This document shows positions 55,555 to 64,000 of a stretch of 64,000 nt of DNA, in pieces (the stretch's first letter is position 1; the number at the start of each line of letters is the position of its first letter). The translations under genes and the position numbers were made by a program. The notes under the pieces are model-generated. The model searched no databases. It had not been told where the DNA came from and saw only the letters and a program-made list of their open reading frames with translations. This DNA is from Tubulanus polymorphus (Eukaryota > Animalia > Nemertea). Location: assembly GCF_964204645.1 (NCBI RefSeq), contig NC_134028.1, forward strand, positions 7,316,001 to 7,380,000. The letters run 5' to 3'.

Positions 55555-56540
55555 CAAAGACATACAGAACTCTAAAACAACAGTTAACAATTTAAGCAAC
55601 GATAGACAAAACAGATAGCTGATTACTTTACAAACCTGTTGTCAGAACCTTAATTATTTTTACATGTACATACAGAGGACTGTTAACAATTCAACCAATG
55701 AAATTGCGATAGAGATACAGAACATACAGCTTTAACAGTAAACAATGCAACCAATGAAATTGCGATAGAGATACAGAACATACAGCTTTAACAGTAAACC
55801 ATGCAACCAATGAATTGCGATTAACTAAGACCTACGAGCAATTATCAAGTTTGATAATTGCTCGTAGCTAAGACATACAGGACAAACAGGACTAACTTAA
55901 TTGCGATAGACATACAGGACATACAGGATTAACAGTAGACAATTCAACCAACGAATTGCGATTAACTAAGACATACAGGACTAAACCACAGGACATACAG
56001 GACTAACAGTAGACAATTCAACAACCAATGAATTGCGATTAACTAAGACATACAGGACATACAGGACTAACTTAATTGCGATAGACATACAGGACTAACA
56101 GTAAACAATGCAACCAATGAATTGCGATCGCGATCACAAAGACATACAGGACAAAACCACAGGACATACAGGACTAACAGTAGACAATTCATTAACCAAT
56201 GAATTGCGATTATTTAAGAAATACAGGACTAACTTAATTGCGATAGACATACAGGACATACAGGATTAACAGTAGACAATTCAACCAACGAATTGCGATT
56301 AACTAAGACATACAGGACTAAACCACAGGACATACAGGACTAACAGTAGACAATTCAACAACCAATGAATTGCGATTAACTAAGACATACAGGACTAACT
56401 TAATTGCGATAGACATACAGGACTAACAGTAAACAATGCAACCAATGAATTGCGATCGCGATCACAAAGACATACAGGACAAACAGGAATAAACCACAGT
56501 AAATTGCGATAAAAAAGACATACAGGACTAACTGCAGTAA
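55555..56540. repeat. Complex modular tandem-repeat array inside the element
   Basis: Shuffled modules GACATACAG, TAACAGTAGACAATTCAACCAATG and AATTGCGAT. A 56-bp duplication at ~55693/55749 and a ~337-bp higher-order duplication at ~55886/56223. Confidence 0.9.
55832..55867. repeat. 36-bp perfect hairpin flanked by a 7-bp direct repeat
   Basis: CTACGAGCAATTATCAA-GT-TTGATAATTGCTCGTAG, flanked by CTAAGAC at 55825-55831 and 55868-55874. Confidence 0.9.
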
Positions 56541-57312
56541 ATATATAGGGCCTTAGGAATGCAAAATTCATTCATTTTGTCATTTGTAAACATTCCACAA
56601 CTTATTTCATTATGTCATTTCCAGTTTTCAAAGGGAATTTTCTTAACTTCAGATGCCTCGAGGACATAAACATATAGAAAGATCTGTCCCAAAAAAATGT
56701 CAAGTGTCTTTCATAGTGCAATGGGCCCTGGTTTCCACGTTTATATATCACATATAAAATTCTACAGAAACAATCAATGAATAAGTGAAAATTTACGAAT
56801 AACAAACAAGACATTCAAGCAGTTGAGTAAGTTAAAATGGGACCAATCTATATATATATTATATATGGATTATACAATTTAATCAGGGACAGCCTTGAAC
56901 CGAGGTTGATGTGTCCATACACTCTCTTCATACACTCTCTGAACATGCATGTATGTATACTGCTGCCAATTGATGATAAGTCAAGGATGTTGAAGTTCTA
57001 GACATGGTCAGAATCATCCAGAGACATCGGCACGCATCACAATAACTGATGATTTTGCAGTAACCTGTAACATAAAAAATCAAGCGGTAATCTATTCACA
57101 AAATATATTTTCCTGAAAGAAAAAACCTGAAATAGAGCACTATAAACACCAGTGCATATACATCGCTTCTTAACCTTATATATAATCGAGTAAATATATA
57201 GGTGACTAAGTGACGGTCATTATAGGCTTCTACGTTCACCATGGGAAATGAAAATATTTCTAACGTCAGGGATTCATTCGAAACCCGATCAATAATATTC
57301 TATACAAACTAT

Positions 57313-60089
57313 TTAGGAAATCGGGTCACAATGAAAACAAAACCACCTGATATGTTCAGGAGGAGCCTCATTGATTGGAGCACATTTCCAATGATACCAT
57401 CTATGGCAATTATCACATTCAATTGAGAATGTGGACTTTTTCTTAGGATTAGCATTGCAGTTTTTGTGGCAGACAGGGCAGGTTTCAGCAACTAACTGAG
57501 AAGGGGTTTTTTCAACTTTTGATGACAAAAGATTATCTAGTTTCAATTTTGCTAGGTTTTGGAGGCCTGCATTTCCAGGTTGATCTATAAGAATTTCTAA
57601 TTCTTTTTCAGAATTGGAATTATTGATTTCTGTAATAGGAGAACTGTTGAGATAATCATCTCTATTATTATAATCGATTACAATAGATTTTTTCTTATGA
57701 TGATTATGTTCAATACGAATGTGCTTTTGAAGGAATGTTTCACTTGCATATGAATTAATAACCCCATCTGCCCAACAAATAGCACATGAGATAGGTTTCA
57801 AAGATGAATGAGAAGTGGATATGTGCCTATCTAGTTCCCTGCGACATGAACAAAGATATGGAGGATTTATTTTGTCTTTAATACAAAAGGAACAGACAAT
57901 ACTTTTTTCAAATAAAACAGACTTCGAGTCATTTTTAACAACTGGTATTGACTTAATATCTTTTGGTTTGGTATCTTTTGATTTTTTTGGTAAGGATGAT
58001 TTATTCTGACTTAAAATATCTGCTGAAAATTCGATATCATTGCCAGGATCTGGATCAGTGGAGTCTATGGTTTCAATTTCTGATATTTTAGCTTTTTTAC
58101 CTAGTTTGATAGCAGCATTTTCAACCATAGCAGAAAAGGATACACCTCTGTTAGCAGGTCTAATTATCTTTCGCCCTCCGTGTCTTGCATTCTCAGCATC
58201 TTTAGGCATTGTAACCTTAGGGCAGTAAGGGTCTATCACTTCAAGTTCAGGAAGGTTTATGGCAACCTGATTGTCCTTGATTGGACCCTCAGCACGCCTA
58301 TGAGCCATATTGTGAGGTTGTCGTTTGGCAGGTCGTCCGCTTATTAACTTAATTCCACAGTGGCTTTCATTATGTAAAATACTTAGAATGTGCCCTTTCC
58401 GAGCAGCATTGATATCATTCGAGCTAGCAATGTGGGAATGATCTTTTAACTTATCAATGAGGGTAGATGAAACAGAAATATTTTGTCGAGTAAAATTGTA
58501 AGTTGGCAGAGGCTCCACAATGTGGAATTTATATGCATCAAATAAATCTCTATTGTAGCATCCCTGAATATGAAAACAAAGCTTTACAGCATAAATCATA
58601 CCAATACCAATGAATTTCTATAATTTCATTTCGAGAAACATATTACTCACGTTCTTAGTCTGATAAAAAGGAGTAAATAATTGAGGCTTTAAACAAATAG
58701 CAACACCAGCCACATCAATTTTAGTCATGTACTGGAAAAAAAAGACAGATTTGTGCATGCACAGCCTTTAGGTAATTGTGAAATAAAAGTGACCAAACTA
58801 ATATTAAATCATAAGTTCTTGAGATGATATGTACCTGGTCGAATGTGAAAAAGGCTCTTTGATCTTCACAACAGAATTGTTTCCTTGTATGATGCGCAAC
58901 GTCAAAACTGCTATACTGGATTGAAGGATACAAAAAACTGTTAAAATATATCTAACTTTATAAAGATAAATCACGTACAAATCACTTAGGAAAACAACTT
59001 TACCACTATTGTTGAATCATCCCATGCTCTTGCTTGATCATCCTTCAATTTGTTTTTTGCTATCAGCTATCAATATGATTCATTAATTCAATGCAAGGAT
59101 TTTGAATAAAGTGGTTTCGTATTCAAGTTATAAAAACTAATTGCAAATCATTCATTTTCTAGGATATCAATGCTAAATGATTACCTTTCGTCGATGGACT
59201 GCTCTACTTCTTTGCATCTTTTCAATCTCATATGGAAAGTATTGAGGGCACCTGATTAAGAATCATTCATTATTTCCAGTACAATCATAAAATTCATGTA
59301 GTTTGCATACCTGGTAATTGGATAAAATAATGCAATTCTACGTACATTTCATCTTCATTTTTCAATAGCAGTAGTTCCATTATCCTGTTATTTATGAACT
59401 GATTTCCCTTACGGCTGGGGTGTAACAAGTCAGTCCTAGATCACAAAATTTAGAAAAAAACAAGTTAGTTTAAATCGCGAAAAAATGCACATAACCTACT
59501 GGGCTTATTAAAATTAAACGATTACTTACGGTGAAAGGAGATCTCTTGAGAAGTGAAAATCAACGAACTTTACACCAAGTGTAAAGCATTCGCGGTGCAG
59601 CATTTCATTGTAATGAAATATTTTTGTGTCAGCATCGAAACTTTAAAAAAGAAAGAAATTTAAAAATCATTACATCGATCATAAATATAGTACTTCAAGA
59701 AAAATCTATTCTTGATACTTACTCATCACATCGAGGAAAAAGAGCTGGTACAATGATGGTCCCAGTACATTTATAGAGCAACAATCGAATTAATTCAACG
59801 TGTCTTCGCAGAACAATCTCAAGCGGGACATCACGCGTCATATTATTTGTTCCAACATGGACGATTAGTTGTTCCACATTCAGCATCTTCACCTTTTTCA
59901 ATTCTGTAATATACAACTAATCAGTAACCCAATGAAAATGAACAATATAAATCAGTACTGAACCGAGAAATTACCTTCCATCAATGTTTCAATGGTTCCT
60001 CCGGGGCACACGATCCTTGTCCATTCAAATAAGCCTACACCATCTAGCCCAGCATACTTTAAAATGCTGTCTGCTACGAGACCAATACG
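57313..60089 (-). CDS. Element-encoded SGNH/GDSL hydrolase + 2x C2H2 zinc finger + PHD finger protein (>=679 aa); exons 59975-60089, 59723-59903, 59530-59640, 59346-59435, 59185-59251, 59004-59066, 58835-58915, 58651-58731, 57313-58563; start exon unresolved (candidate 60440-60484)
   Basis: SGNH blocks I LVADSILK, II CPGG, III HVGTNN and V TDLLHPSRKG. C2H2-like CSFC..HISTSH and CAIC..HIRIEH. PHD CPVC..IECDNCHRWYHWKC..WFCFHC. Eight GT-AG introns (71-118 bp) with matching phases; 2040 nt with no internal stop. Confidence 0.85.
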
Positions 60090-60543
60090 CTACAAAAAAG
60101 ATTATTTGTCAGTCTCAGGCCAATATCACAGGGAGGTGTGAGAGAGCACACTGGTTACTGTAAGACCCTACTACATACAAAAGAAGTGACACATATATGT
60201 ATATCAATGTGATAGAATTGATTGAAAAAATTGTGCATAATAGTAGCTAGTGCCCAAAAATAGAACACAGTGTTATTGAAGTGAAAATTTCTAAAATCCT
60301 CTGAAGCGGTGCTTATTTGGTAGCTACATGGGTATTCTAATTGAATAAGCATAAAGATAAGCGTGCACACACAGTAGCCTATGCATAAACAAGGGCCAGT
60401 TTCACCTTCACCTAAAAGTCCTGCAGTGTGAAGACTAACTTGTTCACCTAAACCACCTCTACCAGGCTGTGGAAGGCCTAACATCAGGCACTAAATTAAA
60501 AGATTCCTCTAAATCAAATTATCTATAAACATCCTCTTAATTG

Positions 60544-60804
60544 CAGGCAGACTGATTCAGGGAGGGGTGCAGCCCAAAATAGGGCATACATATCAGTATC
60601 ATATATAATTAAAAATCAAAAGGGCACCAGATCATCAGAAAACATAATACCTATATTTTGAAAGTAGGCCTACAGAGAACATGTTTTGGAATATAAGCTT
60701 TTTAAAAATACTTGTTGATATTTTTAATTTTTCCTTTAAATTTCATTGCGACTTAAAAGTTTTAAGGGGTGTACACCCCTGTATACTCTCCTGATCTGCC
60801 CCTG
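60544..60804. mobile_element. Nested host MITE (same family as 2459-2706) inside the large element; another short one at 55442-55534
   Basis: cagg...gatctgcccctg ends, internal cccaaaatagggcata, aattg on both flanks. Confidence 0.55.
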
Positions 60805-61106
60805 AATTGCCACTTAACAAAATTTCTCAGCTTAATTGTTGGCTAACTAGCTCAGTGAAACTGGGACCAGACCTAATGCATACACCCTCAGTGGCCAGGG
60901 CCAGGATTAAACAGTTAGGCTACGTATATAAATAAAGGAATGAAAAGTACTTATCCTGAAATTGGTTAGGCTATCTATCTGCAACAAGAAATACATTTTC
61001 ATTGACTCTGAATACAGGGAACTACCATTCTTCTGTTTCGAGGCCTTAAAATTTATTGTTTATTTTTTGTTGCTGGATTTGGAATGGTTGTTGGAATATT
61101 TAAGGC

Positions 61107-61654
61107 CTAATGTCTATTTATTAATGAATGAGACCTGTTTTTCTTGGATATTTTGCTTACTTTTTGGGGTACATACCTCATTTATGTCTTAACAGAATGC
61201 CAAAAATCGCGGACAACAACTGAATATCCGATATATTTCCAGTTCTGTACCATTTAGATGGATTGGCAAAAAGACTCCTTAAGTCCAGTTGAATGAGAGA
61301 GAAAATCCTCCATTTTGTGAAATTTCTTGAATTTTTACATTGTCACCATGCCTACGAAATGAAGTTATTTTTCTTGTGGGGTCTCAACAACTAAATCAGG
61401 GTGGCGTAGGCATGGTAACAATGTTCAAATCCAAGAAATTTTACAAAATGGAGGATTTTCTCTCTCATTCAACTGGACTTAAGGAGTCTTTTTGCCAGTC
61501 CATCTAATTGGTACAGAACTGGAAATATATCGGATATTCAGTTGTTGTCCGCGATTTTTGGCATTCTGTTAAGACATAAATGAGGTATGTACCCCAAAAA
61601 GTAAGCAAAATATCCAAGAAAAACACGTCTCATCAATTAATAAATAGACATTAG
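61107..61654. repeat. Long inverted repeat: 250-bp arms (61107-61356 / 61405-61654), 48-bp spacer
   Basis: The arms read as near-perfect reverse complements, e.g. ggcaaaaagactccttaagtccagttgaatgagagagaaaatcctccattttgt vs acaaaatggaggattttctctctcattcaactggacttaaggagtctttttgcc. Confidence 0.95.
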
Positions 61655-61688
61655 TAGGTGGTGACTGTGTACGGGCAACATAGGCCTA

Positions 61689-61723
61689 TACCCAGTGGCA
61701 TGGCAATGGCATGCCACTGGGTA
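61689..61723. repeat. GC-rich hairpin (14-bp stem, 7-nt loop)
   Basis: TACCCAGTGGCATG-GCAATGG-CATGCCACTGGGTA. Confidence 0.8.
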
Positions 61724-63346
61724 CCCACTACTGCACTATAGTATACTGCCTACGGCTACTGCGACTGGTGGTTCGGTTGGCAGAAATTACTTGTTAACAT
61801 GGGGGGGGGAGGGGGGAAGTAAGCGTGGATGAAGACAAATTAATTTAGCCGAGTAAGTAGCAAGCAAGTAAAGTAGTGGCAGTACAGTAGGCCTAGCGAC
61901 AATGTGAGTGTGGTGGTAACGTGGCCGTGGTGGCAATAACAAGACTCCAAAACTGGCAAAAGCCAAAATTAAAAAGCCCTGCCGCCGCGCGGTCGCGACG
62001 CCTCGCCTGCACCACCGTGTACGATCCTCGCGGCGTTCACCAGTGTTACCCAGTGAGTTTTTTATAATCTTGCAATCTACCTCTTTTTTCAAACCAATAT
62101 TCCCACCAACTGGTCCGGAGACAAGCTTAACACGTTCGGAAAACATGATTCACAATCTTTTAATCAACAGCCAGCAAGAATACACTTGACAGAAAATTCA
62201 AATTCAGCGGTTAACCGTTAAAAGTGAGTTGTTTAGCTGTGGGAGTAACAAAAAGGCGATCTTGATGACGTCACTAGCCATCGACCAAAACAGGCTTTCA
62301 ACCTTTTGCCATCGACACGGTGGCAATTTAAAACGGCTAATGTTGAATGAAACTTTCAAAGCGGTTCGAATCCCCAATTAAGAAAACGGATAACCTGACG
62401 AATTGAGCTTCCAGAGTACGCGGCTCCGAGAATATTACTGACAGCGCTCTTCCCCAATTATGAAATAGGAAGACTCCGAGAATAATCGGTTCAAGCTCTC
62501 CCCCGTCGACAGGTCCCTGCGGACCGGTTGTGCTACCGTCACAAAAATTTCGTTCTCTTTTTCCATTCTTCATCCCTAAATAAAGAAAGGCATATTTTTA
62601 GTCGTCCTCATCTCAAAGCAGAACGGGCACACCCACTAAGACGAAGGGCCGTGTAACAGGGCACCCAGGTCTTTCAGAGCTGGCCCGCGAATTCGGAGTT
62701 GAAATTTCTCTTAGAAAGTATTTGCACCAAGACTTCATTTACCGTATTTCTTGGAAATTGCACCAAAATGCTACGCTCCAACAATCGGCTGTCCGCCAGC
62801 GGACCTGCGGTCCAGGGATCTACCCCTGCCGCTTTTTGGAAAATTATCCGCCGCGCATGACAATCGAAGAGTCATTGGAGTCACTTATGGAGTGATTCAG
62901 CAACTCGGGACATCGGGCTAACCACCAAGGTTCCCTCAGGAGGGGCAGATTTAGAGGGCCCCAAGGTCGTAGTGACACTAGTTCGAAAGAAATGTTTTGT
63001 CCTCTCAGATCCGTTTTCAATTTTCCTGAATAATGAATCTTGCTTGAAGTATTGTCCAACATTATAAATAAAAGTTCTTTAGATATAATTTCACAATTAA
63101 TAAGTGATGATCCACGTTGGAGCGCGACATTTCTACTGCTTATCCATACACTTTAAGATTCCCACCATGCAGCTGCGCTAAAAACCCGGTGTCTGCTGGC
63201 GCCCTACGAGAATCAGGGCCGATATCCCCAGTCACATTTCGGTTATTGATGCAGCTATCACCTCTGATTTACATTTGAATCATTCGTAAAATATTATTAA
63301 TAACAGTTGATGTGTTCGAGGTTACTCTGGTAGGCTTAGCGATTAA

Positions 63347-63367
63347 TGGGGGGGGGGGGGGGGGGGG
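63347..63367. repeat. Poly-G tract (~21 nt)
   Basis: Read directly. Confidence 0.9.
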
Positions 63368-64000
63368 TAGAGATCGTAATCACGAACACGCAGTATCTTC
63401 TGTGCTCATCAAATTTCGGATAAGTCTCTATTATAGCCACCGACAAGGCAGACGCCGTTTGTTTGATATTAACAAGTAGTTCATCAAACTCTTAAACAAA
63501 GGGATCGAGTTTTTCTCCTGGTAGTCTGTAAAAAAACTCCTGTTATAACATTGGAGCGACTAAATAAAAAGAGATTTGAATGTAAGAGGGTGTGATATCA
63601 TTACGGGTTTTTCTATCATTACGGGTTTTGCATGATTCCGTTCAACAGAAACACCATACTGACAAATTAGGTATCTTCGGGAAGCTTAAACCTTGAATTT
63701 CGTTTCCATGAGAACTGGTGTATTTCCTTGTTTTTCCTTCAAACTTAAAATAGGGATTGACCCTGTTATTTGTTTCCTTGTTAACTAGCCACCAAGGTAA
63801 CTAACTGGTAATCTACCTTGAATTTGTTAGAATAACCATTGTAGTCTGTCTGGTGATATCGCACTCTCGACATCAAGGGAAATCATGTTTTTGAAAATGA
63901 AAATTGTTGTGATTGCGATTACGTCAATCCAACGCATTTGTAGATTTGAAAAACGGTTGTATGATGTGAATTAAACATGAAATCAATGGTTTTTGACTGA

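Larger units (their letters stand above)
54739..62309. mobile_element. 7.57-kb TIR DNA transposon-like element (9-bp TSD, Mutator/MULE-like), non-autonomous, carrying cargo
   Basis: Left TIR 54739-54782 GCAAAAGGTTGAAAGCCTGTTTTGGTCGATGGCGAGTGACGTCA versus the reverse complement of 62266-62309 shows 1 mismatch in 44. TSD CATCGACAC at 54730-54738 and 62310-62318. Confidence 0.9.

Noticed and set aside
55555-56540. CRISPR-like array
   Set aside because: The segments between recurrent motifs are themselves repeated modules, not unique spacers. The context is eukaryotic and no cas genes are present.
62337-63062. Short ORFs right of the element, including a PEYAAP kinase-like word on the + strand (~62411)
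   Set aside because: No other kinase motifs, stops nearby, and no consistent exon chain.

Overview
AT-rich, intron-containing animal (invertebrate, probably lophotrochozoan by inference) nuclear DNA. I assembled four conserved genes exon by exon with consistent GT-AG phases: CLUAP1/IFT38 (-), ATP5PD (+, head-to-head with CLUAP1), TEX2 (-) and PDXDC1 (-, 23 coding exons). There are also two small secreted or surface genes (a Ly6/uPAR three-finger GPI protein and a double PAN/apple-like protein) and many MITE, SINE and LINE relics. The stand-out feature is a 7,571-bp DNA-transposon-like element (54739-62309) with 44-bp TIRs (43/44 identical) and a perfect 9-bp TSD (CATCGACAC), inserted just upstream of the PDXDC1 start codon. 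I see no transposase in it. It carries an intact spliced gene (SGNH/GDSL hydrolase + 2 C2H2 fingers + PHD finger), a 250-bp-arm fold-back hairpin, a ~1-kb modular tandem-repeat array, and a 15-bp B-box-containing motif identical to one in the host DNA it displaced. All calls were read by eye; no searches were run.
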